A stretch of 64,000 nt of DNA from the IMG/VR virus record IMGVR_UViG_3300027782_000041. One strand, given 5' to 3'. Origin of the DNA: an uncultured virus (IMG/VR IMGVR_UViG_3300027782_000041) (Duplodnaviria; Heunggongvirae; Uroviricota; Caudoviricetes). The notes under the pieces were generated by a model. It saw only the letters and a list, made by a program, of their open reading frames with translations, made no database searches and was not told where the DNA came from. A program made the translations under genes and the position numbers. This document shows, piece by piece, positions 27,424-36,837 of this stretch (position 1 is its first letter; each line of letters begins with the position of its first letter).

Positions 27424-28378
27424 GATCAGCATCAACCATGTCACGTATCATGGTTTCAAAGTCAGTACGTGGCTTCCATCCTAGCTGTTCTCTAGCACGA
27501 GTACTATCACCACGTAGACTGTAAAGTTCTGCTGGACGTTTGAATCGTGGATCACTTTTTACTAGATGTTTCCATTCATGGATTCCTGCATGTTCAAATG
27601 CCACACGACACAAGTCACCGATGGTATGCTGTTGCCCAGTGGCAATCACATAGTCGCTGGCTTTTTCTTGTTGTAGCATCAACCACATGGCTTCCACAAA
27701 GTCACCGGCAAATCCCCAGTCTCTAGCACTGTCTAAATTGCCCAGTGTAACATCATCTGCTAGACCCAGTTTGATACGTGCCACTGCATCTGTAATCTTG
27801 CGTGTGACAAATTCACGACCACGCAAGGGCGATTCATGATTGAACAAGATACCTGAGCAAGCATACAAACTATAACTTTCACGAAAGTTTATGGTCATCC
27901 AATGTGAATACAACTTGCTCACCCCATATGGCGATCGAGGACGGAATGGCGTTGTTTCACCTTGCAGTCCTGGTTCCGTAGCATTGCCAAACATCTCTGA
28001 TGTGGATGCTTGATAGAATCGAGCATTGGGATTGTGTTGGCGTATTGAGTTCAGCAAGTTCAATGTTCCCATACAATTTACTTCTGTAGTGAGTTTGTTC
28101 AATTCCCAACTGATGCCCACAAAACTCTGAGCCGCCAAGTTGTACACTTCTTGTGGCTTGACACTTTGCATGATGTGATTCATGTTGTTCTCATCAGTGA
28201 TGTCACCTGTAATGAGTTCGATATCGTTTTCAATACCTAACCATTTGATATTTTCCAGATTGGGATTTGAATAGCGTTTGACCAGACCATAAACATGGTA
28301 GCCTTTATCAATCAAATATTTGGCAAGGTACGGGCCATCCTGGCCAGTCATGCCTGTAACAAAAGCAGTTTTTTTCAT
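27404..28378 (-). CDS. gmd: GDP-mannose 4,6-dehydratase
   Basis: TGMTGQDG, YNLAAQSFV, YQASTSEMFG, PRSPYGVSK, LFNHESP.RG..FVTRKI, LGNLD..RDWG. Confidence 0.95.
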   Translation of the reverse strand: MKKTAFVTGMTGQDGPYLAKYLIDKGYHVYGLVKRYSNPNLENIKWLGIENDIELITGDITDENNMNHIMQSVKPQEVYNLAAQSFVGISWELNKLTTEVNCMGTLNLLNSIRQHNPNARFYQASTSEMFGNATEPGLQGETTPFRPRSPYGVSKLYSHWMTINFRESYSLYACSGILFNHESPLRGREFVTRKITDAVARIKLGLADDVTLGNLDSARDWGFAGDFVEAMWLMLQQEKASDYVIATGQQHTIGDLCRVAFEHAGIHEWKHLVKSDPRFKRPAELYSLRGDSTRAREQLGWKPRTDFETMIRDMVDADLKRLSM

Positions 28379-28386
28379 AATGATCC

Positions 28387-28839
28387 TTAAACTTGAATGT
28401 CTTCCATGCCGGCAGTTCGTAAACGAACCACATGGCCCATTTGCCACTGCTTGGTGTCTAGACCTTTGAGAATACCCAGCCAACGATTGCGTAAGAATGC
28501 CACTTCGTTAATGATTGTTTCATAATCAATCACTTCATCTTCACCATCCACATACTTTTCAGCATCTCTACTAGTTAGCGCACGGGCATAGGCTTCTAGA
28601 TATTTTTGAAAGTGCTTTCTACGTATCTTACGCAGTTGGATATTGAGATAGTTTAAAACTGCCTCAATTTCTTGCAGTTGATTAAATCTGTGCTCAGTAA
28701 TGCCAGGCAAGGCTGTGATATTTTTTTCAACAATGCCGTAGATTTTGCAGTCTTTTTTGGCATCATCAAGTTCACGCTCGTAGTGGCTGATAAAGTCAGG
28801 CAAGACATCTAAACTGGCAACTACACGACTATACCACAT
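28387..28839 (-). CDS. uvsY: Recombination mediator, UvsY-like
   Basis: Helical 150 aa, KYLE.Y.RAL..RDAEKYVDG, near uvsX. Confidence 0.75.
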   Translation of the reverse strand: MWYSRVVASLDVLPDFISHYERELDDAKKDCKIYGIVEKNITALPGITEHRFNQLQEIEAVLNYLNIQLRKIRRKHFQKYLEAYARALTSRDAEKYVDGEDEVIDYETIINEVAFLRNRWLGILKGLDTKQWQMGHVVRLRTAGMEDIQV

Positions 28840-30079
28840 TTGTAAGTTCCTTTACTAACCAGGGAAATGTTTGTTTCCAATCTAAATTTCTTCTACGATC
28901 AATTTCGTCAAGGAATACTCTTAATTTTAACAACTCTTGATCGTTACGAGAATGAACATTGAACTCAGATTGTAATCCTTGCATCATGTTGTATGCTTGT
29001 TTATGCTGCCAAGTGTCATTGGGCATAACTGATAATATGCGCTCAAAATCTTTGTCAAAAAATCCTGCACCAAATATACCCGGGTACAATTGAGATATGT
29101 TTACGCATGCCATGAAGTAATGCCCAATCGTTCTATCTTTTCTTTGTTGATTAACATAGTCAATCAACTCTGGCATAGATTTTATACCTATTCCTGTTAT
29201 AGTTTGATTTATATTGAGCACTATCCATTTTTGTTTTGCGATATACTCAAAATTTTGTTTCCAGGCCACTAGGTCAATACCATAACGTATGTATTCTTGT
29301 TCCTGACCCCAACAATCAATGCTACATGTAAGATCAAATCGTTTGATTCTTTTTGTTGTAATCAACCGTCGCACACGCTCAACAAAGTTTTGAAGTTTGT
29401 TTGCAGGTACTTTTAGATTAGAGACAATGTTAAATTCAAGTTCAGGGTTGTGATGTGTTTCTAAAAATTTCAAACATGTTTCAAATTGTGGTTGAAAAAA
29501 CGGTTCGCCGCCTAACAAATGAAATCGTCTTAGGCTTTGATAGTTTTCCTCCATCCAGTGCCAAAACGCATCTGATATCTTTTTATGTTCAGGATGTCGT
29601 ACACTGGTATTTTTAATTTCAATACCATTGGATGCAAAGTCTCCAAATTTTATATTTTCCTGTTGTATGCGACTGCTGAATCCATCCCAGCAATAAACAC
29701 AACTCATATTACAAACATTATCAAGATATACTTCTAGAATTCGTGGAGTCACATGAGTCGCCGTGAGATCAACATCTAGTTCGGGTGGAACTAAATTTGG
29801 AATTTGTAAATGAAATTGGCGGTCGCTTTGTCCTCCAGATTTTTCAATGTTTTGACAATACTCACACCCCCCTGTCGGCCATTGTCCTTCCAACATCATT
29901 TTCCGATCTTGAAGTTTTTTTTCTGTGTTGTGAAAACTATCAAAATTGTCTGGATCGATTATGCTGGTTCCAACTCTATGACACGAGTTGGTAGCACCAC
30001 TATATAATTGTATGGTGCTCCAGGTCCATTTCAACTGACATGCAGTATCAGTTTTGATAGGAAAAAACTTATCGGACAT
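28829..30079 (-). CDS. Radical SAM protein with N-terminal Cys-rich module
   Basis: ACQLKW..SCH..GCEYC, CNMSCVYC, LGGEP, SID. Confidence 0.85.
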   Translation of the reverse strand: MSDKFFPIKTDTACQLKWTWSTIQLYSGATNSCHRVGTSIIDPDNFDSFHNTEKKLQDRKMMLEGQWPTGGCEYCQNIEKSGGQSDRQFHLQIPNLVPPELDVDLTATHVTPRILEVYLDNVCNMSCVYCWDGFSSRIQQENIKFGDFASNGIEIKNTSVRHPEHKKISDAFWHWMEENYQSLRRFHLLGGEPFFQPQFETCLKFLETHHNPELEFNIVSNLKVPANKLQNFVERVRRLITTKRIKRFDLTCSIDCWGQEQEYIRYGIDLVAWKQNFEYIAKQKWIVLNINQTITGIGIKSMPELIDYVNQQRKDRTIGHYFMACVNISQLYPGIFGAGFFDKDFERILSVMPNDTWQHKQAYNMMQGLQSEFNVHSRNDQELLKLRVFLDEIDRRRNLDWKQTFPWLVKELTNVV

Positions 30080-30345
30080 TAATTTTCCCAGTCTTCGTCT
30101 TCTTCCTCGTCTTCTTCTTCCTCATCATCGGCATCTTCCACTGTATAGTCTTTGTCGTTGTCAAGATATGCAGTCAATGCACGTTTGATGTCTGCGTCGC
30201 CTTTAAAGGCATTGCGAATATCTTCCACGTCTGAATCATTGTCCATCAAGATCTGTATCACAGTTTCGGCGGCTTCGTCACGGTCCACTGTGTTTACAAA
30301 ACGCTTGAGTTCTCCCCAAATTTCACTGGCTATTGTTTCACTCAT
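30079..30345 (-). CDS. Small acidic hypothetical protein
   Basis: 88 aa with D/E-rich tail, coupled to uvsX. Confidence 0.75.
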   Translation of the reverse strand: MSETIASEIWGELKRFVNTVDRDEAAETVIQILMDNDSDVEDIRNAFKGDADIKRALTAYLDNDKDYTVEDADDEEEEDEEEDEDWEN

Positions 30346-31396
30346 CTGCTGTTTCCTCCGGAGTACTTACCTCTGCCTTCTGATTTGCAAAGTCTTTCAT
30401 AACAGTATCGAGACAATTGTCGTCATTGCGTTCCCATGCCTTACGAAACTTCTTGATAATCTCTCCAGCACTTGTGGTAAACACCAAACTATTACCTTCT
30501 TTCTTGAGCATGGCTTTCTTCTCAATCAAGTCGGTTAGTCCCGAGTAAGGACTCATTCCAGTTTCGTAAGGAATTTTAACTTGTACACCTTCAAAGGGTT
30601 TAGCGTAGCGAGTTTTCATTACCTTGCATGCAGCACGAATGCCCATAACATCGGTAATCTTGTTACCGTCTTCATCTTCTTTGAGTTTGAGTTTTTTCAT
30701 GGCAACAACAATCGAACTTGCATAAACAAACCCTTGACCACCCGAGATTTTATCATCAGGATCAAACATGTCTTGACTAGCGTATGTGTGGTTGGTACAA
30801 ACTAAACCTACATTGTAACTGCCAAACATGTTTACACAGTTACGAACCAATGCAGTAAGTGCTTTGGGTTTACGACCCATGTCACCTTTCATATCACCCG
30901 CATCAAACTGATTAACGTCAGTAGGGGTAAGCAACATGCCCAGTGAGTCAATAACAAACAACACCTTTGGACGTTCGCCGTCAGGTAATGCTTTGTAATC
31001 ACTCATGAATGTTGAAATTGTTTTAGCAACATCATCAATCATGGCCATTGACAATTTCAACAACTTGGTGTCGCTAGTGTCTACCCCAAGATCATGCAAC
31101 CATTTTTCATCTAGTGCATTTTCTGAATCAATCAGCACCACATAGATGCCTTGCTCCTGTGCGTTCTTAATAATGTTCCCAGAACAAATATAGCTTTTAC
31201 CAGCACCCGATTCGCCAGCAAATACAGTAACTTTGCCCAATGGTACGCCGCGAGTGAAGTCTCCGCTGATCAAATAGTTCAAGGCGTAGTTGCCTGTTGA
31301 GATCCAGTCTGTTGGATCGTTAAATCCGATACTAAGACCATCAATGCTCTTAGTGATTTCCTTGCGGAACTTGCTTACGTCAAATGGTTTTCCCAT
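30338..31396 (-). CDS. uvsX: RecA-like recombinase UvsX
   Basis: GESGAGKS, IDSENA, VIDSLG, GDMG, TNHTY, SGG. Confidence 0.93.
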   Translation of the reverse strand: MGKPFDVSKFRKEITKSIDGLSIGFNDPTDWISTGNYALNYLISGDFTRGVPLGKVTVFAGESGAGKSYICSGNIIKNAQEQGIYVVLIDSENALDEKWLHDLGVDTSDTKLLKLSMAMIDDVAKTISTFMSDYKALPDGERPKVLFVIDSLGMLLTPTDVNQFDAGDMKGDMGRKPKALTALVRNCVNMFGSYNVGLVCTNHTYASQDMFDPDDKISGGQGFVYASSIVVAMKKLKLKEDEDGNKITDVMGIRAACKVMKTRYAKPFEGVQVKIPYETGMSPYSGLTDLIEKKAMLKKEGNSLVFTTSAGEIIKKFRKAWERNDDNCLDTVMKDFANQKAEVSTPEETADE

Positions 31397-31398
31397 GT

Positions 31399-32175
31399 TT
31401 ACTCCAATGTAATAAAATTATTTTCTATCAGTGAATTCTTATAGAACAACTGTCTGTATTGTAACAGGTTTTCATCTAGTTTGTCAAAGTTTGCCAGTGG
31501 CATTCGGCTACCCACACAAGGCAAACCGTGTTGATTACACCATTGTTGATATTCTGCTGGTGGCTCATATGTTTGGTGCCGTGTCACGTGTAGTTGTAAT
31601 GTTGTGTATAATTCTGAAAAATTATTCAAATCAGTATCTATTGTTGTATCGTTGTTTTGCCATTTTTGCCAAGTTGATCTGCCAAGATTGTTGTAAGTAA
31701 TAGATATGTTATACACCCCAAATCCCAATATATCTGTGCCAAAATGATTGAGCATTGAGTACGTGGGGTCAGGAGAAACTGCTTCAAGATTCAAAGTAGA
31801 CTCTTCGATGGCATGTATCAACTTGTTGATTGCGTTTAAGTCTCCCGGAAACACACGATCTGCAACACTAGCGATATTGGGAAAACGTTGATGTAGTTTG
31901 ACCCATTGGCTGTGTAGACGATTAAGATCATCTTGATTGCTTGAGTCAAACTCTATATCAAAATCTGTCAAATGCAACCGACTTCGAACAAAAGATTGTA
32001 TGCGATCAAACCGTTGTTGTAATTCTTGACTCAGAGAGGCATACCGTAGGTTCGACACTGTGTATTGATTTAGAGCACGAGAATTAAGTTGCTCTACGAA
32101 ATATTCGTAAACACTGTGATCGATCACCGCAAGTTCTATAACATCATGAGTTTGAGTCCAGCGCAGTCTTGGCAT
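31399..32175 (-). CDS. Hypothetical protein
   Basis: Long ORF between ssb and uvsX; start uncertain (MPRLRW chosen because it lies after the hairpin). Confidence 0.6.
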   Translation of the reverse strand: MPRLRWTQTHDVIELAVIDHSVYEYFVEQLNSRALNQYTVSNLRYASLSQELQQRFDRIQSFVRSRLHLTDFDIEFDSSNQDDLNRLHSQWVKLHQRFPNIASVADRVFPGDLNAINKLIHAIEESTLNLEAVSPDPTYSMLNHFGTDILGFGVYNISITYNNLGRSTWQKWQNNDTTIDTDLNNFSELYTTLQLHVTRHQTYEPPAEYQQWCNQHGLPCVGSRMPLANFDKLDENLLQYRQLFYKNSLIENNFITLE

Positions 32176-32180
32176 ACAAT

Positions 32181-32205
32181 GAAAACAAGGCCCGTAGGCC
32201 TTGTT
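32181..32205 (-). terminator. Hairpin/terminator after ssb with C(UACG)G tetraloop
   Basis: AACAAGGCC-TACG-GGCCTTGTT-TTC immediately after the stop codon. Confidence 0.7.
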
Positions 32206-32208
32206 CAA

Positions 32209-33207
32209 TTACTTTTGCTGTCTAGCGCGAATCATAGCCAAGATGTCTTCGGCCTTACCAGTTGCAGCAGGTTTTGCCACAGGAGCGGTTGGTGCCGGTG
32301 CATCTTCGTCATCAAAGTTGCTGACAGGAGCCGCTACTTTGAGTGCTGGCTTTGCTGCCACTTCGTGAACATCACCATGGCCATCCACTGTGACTGCTGG
32401 AGCAGATCCGCCGGCAGGTGCTTGTACACCAGCAGGACGGAAGTATTGACCCCAACGCTCTGTGTCGTATGGCTGGCCATCAACTGATGCTTCAAACATC
32501 TCTTTGATAACCTTCAACTCAACATCAGTTGGCTTCTTGGGCAAGAATGTGCTCAAGTCAAACAGCCCGTGTGCATCAACTGCGGCTTGTTCTGCTTCGG
32601 TCAGAGCTGACTCTTTACGTGCCCACTTTGACCCATTGTAGTCAGCAAATCCGCCTTTGGCACCTTTGCTAACACGGAAGTCTAGACCACGCAAGTAGTC
32701 TGTTGGCAATTCTTCCAGTTCAGGATCCATCAAGGCTCCTTTAATAGTTGTGAAGATTTGTGGGCCAATGATGAATCGGCGAATTGGATTCTCAGGTGAC
32801 TTGTCATCGTTCAGGGGGTTCTCACGCACAAAGCCTTGGAAAATGTAACTGCGTTTTTTCCAATACTTACGACCCATGTCTTCAAGGCTCTTGTCCTTGA
32901 ACCATGTGCGTACTTCTGCCAGGATTGGGCAGGCTTCGTTCCACATTTCCACGCAAGGTACTTGTACCATAACTTGCTTGGATTCCATCTCTCCTTTGAC
33001 GCCATTGAAGGGCAAACGAATCATTGCTCGTTCTTGCCAGAAGAATGTGTTTTTTGTGTTACCGTCTGGGAGGAAGCGTAGTGTGGCCGACTGGCCTTCT
33101 TCCATGTTCCAATGTGGGTAAATTGAATTGTCCCCACCGGTGGATTGCCCACCTTGTTTTGATTCTGCCGCTTGTAAACGTGCGCGAATATCTGCTAATG
33201 ATGCCAT
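32209..33207 (-). CDS. gp32: Single-stranded DNA-binding protein, T4 gp32-like
   Basis: LRFLP, C..M...CPI, YWKKRSY, IGPQIF, YNGSKW; acidic/flexible C-terminal region. Confidence 0.85.
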   Translation of the reverse strand: MASLADIRARLQAAESKQGGQSTGGDNSIYPHWNMEEGQSATLRFLPDGNTKNTFFWQERAMIRLPFNGVKGEMESKQVMVQVPCVEMWNEACPILAEVRTWFKDKSLEDMGRKYWKKRSYIFQGFVRENPLNDDKSPENPIRRFIIGPQIFTTIKGALMDPELEELPTDYLRGLDFRVSKGAKGGFADYNGSKWARKESALTEAEQAAVDAHGLFDLSTFLPKKPTDVELKVIKEMFEASVDGQPYDTERWGQYFRPAGVQAPAGGSAPAVTVDGHGDVHEVAAKPALKVAAPVSNFDDEDAPAPTAPVAKPAATGKAEDILAMIRARQQK

Positions 33208-33390
33208 ATTGTGTTGCCTTTCTTGTGCGTTAATATGATTTTAAAATTTAAGTCTTGCTTAAATGCTGCCTACAAGGTTATTTTAACACAGCCTGTCTGT
33301 GTTTCCTACCAGTACGGTAAGGAATCTTGCCTAACTTGTTGTTTACGGAAGTGTGCGCTACTACGCACACTTCTTTTGTATGTTTATTTA
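33208..33390 (-). promoter_or_regulatory. Late promoter plus structured 5' leader of the gp32 gene
   Basis: TAAATA at 33385-33390 followed by four hairpins and an A/U-rich stretch. Confidence 0.6.
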
Positions 33391-33392
33391 TG

Positions 33393-35237
33393 TTATTTGA
33401 TCAAAGCCAAGGATTTTATTCTTGCCAGCACAGCATCGCCTTCGCCAATAACAGGAGCCATACCGCCTGCTACTGTGCCCATTTCATACATGCCGCCACA
33501 TTCGGCTAGGCCGTGTTCCGGGCAATATTCGCCTTCCATGGTGCTGTTGCAAGATCCTTCATGGACCGCAGGGGCGTCAAATCCGCTCATGACTTCAAAT
33601 GTGTTGAGCACGTCGGCTTCGGGCATGATCATGCCGCTGTTGCTTTCCGTAACGCCAAGTTCATCTGCCAGGCGATCGCTGATCCAGTTGTAAGGATCGC
33701 CAGTACGTGCTTTCATTGTGCCATAAGGCATTTCACCATTGTCACTGTAGTAGTCATACAAGGCATGATACAGGTCATCATCAAGGTCACCGTTGGCTTC
33801 AAAGTTTTTGACTTCGTGTTTGAAACGACCCAGAATGTGTTGTAATGTTTCGCCAGATTCGTCAAGGATGGCCTCAGCAAGTCCTGCTGATTTACGCATG
33901 GCGTTGAGTGATTCTCTTACTTGTGCATCTGGCACAGGATTAGGTGGTACACCTGCGGCCACAGGAGCAGTTGCACCTGTTTGTGGTTCAGCAGGATTGC
34001 CTGGTGCTGTAGGCTCGGGCAATTCGATACCCAGTTCGGCCAGTCGGTTCATGACTTCTGTGTCGTTCCAGCAGTTGGCTCTGGGATCTTGATCAGCAAG
34101 AGCATGCAGTCGATCAAACAGTTCATCGTCACCCACCAAGTCATACAGTTGCTCTGTTGCATTGGTAGCATCAGGACCAACGATGAGTTCTTTGGTCATG
34201 AGTGTTTTGAGTTTGTCCAATTGCTCAGGAGTTTCTGGCAGGGTCCATGTGCCTTCTGCTAGATTGTTAATCCAGTTTTCAAAAATATCTGCTTCTTTCA
34301 TATCTTGTCCTCTTTGCTGAATCTTGGCCAGCAGTGGTAATGCCGCTTCAATACGGCTGTCTATACTCTGTTCAATAAACAGAGTCTTGATGTTGTCAAC
34401 AACACCTTCTTGTTCGTTAATGGTGGCTGGATGCCACGATTCGAAATACTTGGCGTAGCCACGGCCTGAGGCCATGTGCTTGAGATTTTCACGTAAGGTT
34501 TGATAGTAGACTTGTGCTTCTGTTACTAGTTCTTGTGTGACACCTTCCAAGATACGATTGGCACTTGCTCTATTGAACCGGCTTAACACAGCAATTTCGG
34601 TTACTGTTTCTGAGATGTGACATCCACGAATGTCATAGGGCTTGCCGCCTTGGCGCACATGTTCCAACATGGCTCTAGCACCTGACAGGCTCTTGAAACC
34701 CAGTTTGAACTTTTCACCTTCGGCAGTTTCAATAAACATCCGATCAATGTGACGATAACGTGCGTCACCTTCTCCCAAGGGCTGACTGTGTACTATTTGC
34801 AGTCGGGCTTGAGTAGGCTCGCCTGCGTAACTGACTTTCCGAGTACCGTAGTAACCTTCAAACAGGCCCTCTTGAATGGCAGCCATACCTTGCATGGTGT
34901 GTTTGAGTTGGCTAATGTCTTGTATGCTGTGTGTCCAGCGATTGCTGGTGGCTTTCTGATTAAGGTGCTGTAAGAAGTCAAAAAACTCTGACTTGTCATC
35001 ACCTTCCATGGTACGTCCTAAATTGTCCCCGTACATGATCTTCATTTCGTTATCACTGTCTAACACAATAACCATTGTGCCGTAGTTCTTGCCTGCACCA
35101 GAAATGTAATCAAATGTAAATGTTTTGGCATCTTCTGCATTGGAGGGCTTGCCCATTCGGTCCAGCATTTCGGGGTGGAAATTGCGGGTGGCCAGCAGGT
35201 CCAGCAGTTGTTGTGATATAGTGTTCGTTGTTGCCAT
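33393..35237 (-). CDS. Large hypothetical late protein, possibly head-associated
   Basis: TAAATA 7 nt upstream; many hydrophobic-x-E sites (IQE, LFE, LAE, VRE, VTE); CPEHG..EC near the C-terminus. Confidence 0.65.
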   Translation of the reverse strand: MATTNTISQQLLDLLATRNFHPEMLDRMGKPSNAEDAKTFTFDYISGAGKNYGTMVIVLDSDNEMKIMYGDNLGRTMEGDDKSEFFDFLQHLNQKATSNRWTHSIQDISQLKHTMQGMAAIQEGLFEGYYGTRKVSYAGEPTQARLQIVHSQPLGEGDARYRHIDRMFIETAEGEKFKLGFKSLSGARAMLEHVRQGGKPYDIRGCHISETVTEIAVLSRFNRASANRILEGVTQELVTEAQVYYQTLRENLKHMASGRGYAKYFESWHPATINEQEGVVDNIKTLFIEQSIDSRIEAALPLLAKIQQRGQDMKEADIFENWINNLAEGTWTLPETPEQLDKLKTLMTKELIVGPDATNATEQLYDLVGDDELFDRLHALADQDPRANCWNDTEVMNRLAELGIELPEPTAPGNPAEPQTGATAPVAAGVPPNPVPDAQVRESLNAMRKSAGLAEAILDESGETLQHILGRFKHEVKNFEANGDLDDDLYHALYDYYSDNGEMPYGTMKARTGDPYNWISDRLADELGVTESNSGMIMPEADVLNTFEVMSGFDAPAVHEGSCNSTMEGEYCPEHGLAECGGMYEMGTVAGGMAPVIGEGDAVLARIKSLALIK

Positions 35238-35247
35238 GGTAGTATAT

Positions 35248-36837
35248 TTAGCGCATCATTGCAATGAATGGGAATGGTTCAATTATGTTGTCTGTGTGGT
35301 CTTTTAAATAGGAATTTAGGTCTGCATGATAAGATTGTAGCAACATCAACATTCTAGTAGCCAGCAGGCCAGCCATCACAAGATCGTCTGTTTCTCCAGG
35401 TTTGGCTGCGTAACTAGAGCCAGCAGCCACAAATGTTTTTAGTTCAGTTATCAGAGGTTTTGAGTAGACCTTCATACGCCCAGATTCTATTAGAATTTTG
35501 AACTTGTTACAGGCCACAATTTTGCTCTTGTTGGTAGTGGTAAATCCCTTGCGAATTCTGCGGCCGCCAGTGCCCTGCACTGAATTATCGCTGAGGAAAT
35601 ATCCCGGGATATTTTCTTCTCCGTATTCAGCAATGGAGATCAAGGCGGCTTCGCCTAGGGTATTGTTTTCCACTGAGTAGTATATCTTCTTCTCATCTTT
35701 AACCACTGAATGTATTTCTTTGATGATGTCTGCTAAGATTTTAATCTGCGTGGGCACATCAGTTTTGTTATGACGCCACTCGGCCACCTGTTCGGTTGTT
35801 TCTGCTTCAAACACTTGTATGGCCGAGGGATCACCACCTGTACCCAGGCTTGGGTCAAGTGCCACAATGTACATCTTGTCTCGATCTATGGGACGATACC
35901 AACGTACTTGCCCAGTCTTGTGTGTGGGTTCTACACCCTCTAATTCTAACAACTTGATAGGAGCAATCAATGTTTCGTCATTGATAACAAAGTCACAGTC
36001 CATTTCACGACGGAAACGTTCGTCGCCCAGTTGACTACGTTGTTCTTCTGCCCATGCATCATCACGATCTGGATGCTCGCGCCAGAAAGCACGAAACGCT
36101 TTGAAGCCGTTGATACCCAGGCCATTGGGTCTTGGATTGCCAAATTCGTCTTCAATCTTGTTGGCACCTTTCCAGATGTAAGCAAACTGATCTTCATCTG
36201 AGTTGGGAGTACTTGTGATAATTGCTTTACCACCTGTTGACAGTGTGGGTGTGATAGATGTCCAAAACTCTTTGGCAATTGTGGGTCTCACAAATGCAAA
36301 CTCGTCCAGGTACAGCAAGGTAATACTCATACCACGACCGGTATTTTCGGTTGTTGTTTGACTAACAATACGTGATCCATTGTCAAACTCCAGCGAACCT
36401 TTGTTGTAGCTGGTAGCACCTGCTCTAATATGATTGGGGCATAGTTCGTAGGCATAACGAATACGTTGCATGATCTCTTGTGCGCCCAGATATTTGTGTG
36501 CGGCAATAAGAATAGTAGCATCAGGTATAAACATAGCATACCACAACAGGTAACCAGCGGCCGACGTTGACTTGCCTGTTTGTCGGGGCATCAAACTGAT
36601 TGAAAAACGATTGGTGTGATAGTTTGCAATCAGTCGCTGTTGATATTCAAATGCATGATACAACATCTTGCCACGAACCGGATGTTGTATATGGAAAAAG
36701 TTGTCCATGAAGTACATGGGTCCGGTCACAGGATCAGCGCACCGAGCAAAGTCTTCAAGTTCTTGTTCAGAGAATGTTTCCTTACGGTGCGGTGCTTTGA
36801 CCAGCACCGTGTCAAGCGTGTTTTTTGCGCCAATCAT
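35248..36837 (-). CDS. terL: Terminase large subunit, T4 gp17-like
   Basis: PRQTGKS, YLDEFAF, ITSTPN, ALDPSLG.GGD, VENN, DDLVMA. Confidence 0.95.
   Translation of the reverse strand: MIGAKNTLDTVLVKAPHRKETFSEQELEDFARCADPVTGPMYFMDNFFHIQHPVRGKMLYHAFEYQQRLIANYHTNRFSISLMPRQTGKSTSAAGYLLWYAMFIPDATILIAAHKYLGAQEIMQRIRYAYELCPNHIRAGATSYNKGSLEFDNGSRIVSQTTTENTGRGMSITLLYLDEFAFVRPTIAKEFWTSITPTLSTGGKAIITSTPNSDEDQFAYIWKGANKIEDEFGNPRPNGLGINGFKAFRAFWREHPDRDDAWAEEQRSQLGDERFRREMDCDFVINDETLIAPIKLLELEGVEPTHKTGQVRWYRPIDRDKMYIVALDPSLGTGGDPSAIQVFEAETTEQVAEWRHNKTDVPTQIKILADIIKEIHSVVKDEKKIYYSVENNTLGEAALISIAEYGEENIPGYFLSDNSVQGTGGRRIRKGFTTTNKSKIVACNKFKILIESGRMKVYSKPLITELKTFVAAGSSYAAKPGETDDLVMAGLLATRMLMLLQSYHADLNSYLKDHTDNIIEPFPFIAMMR

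Noticed and set aside
18342..28378. Host LPS/capsule island indicating a bacterial contig or prophage boundary
   Set aside because: Genes carry the phage TAAATA motif, are flanked by phage core genes on both sides and lack export or polymerase genes
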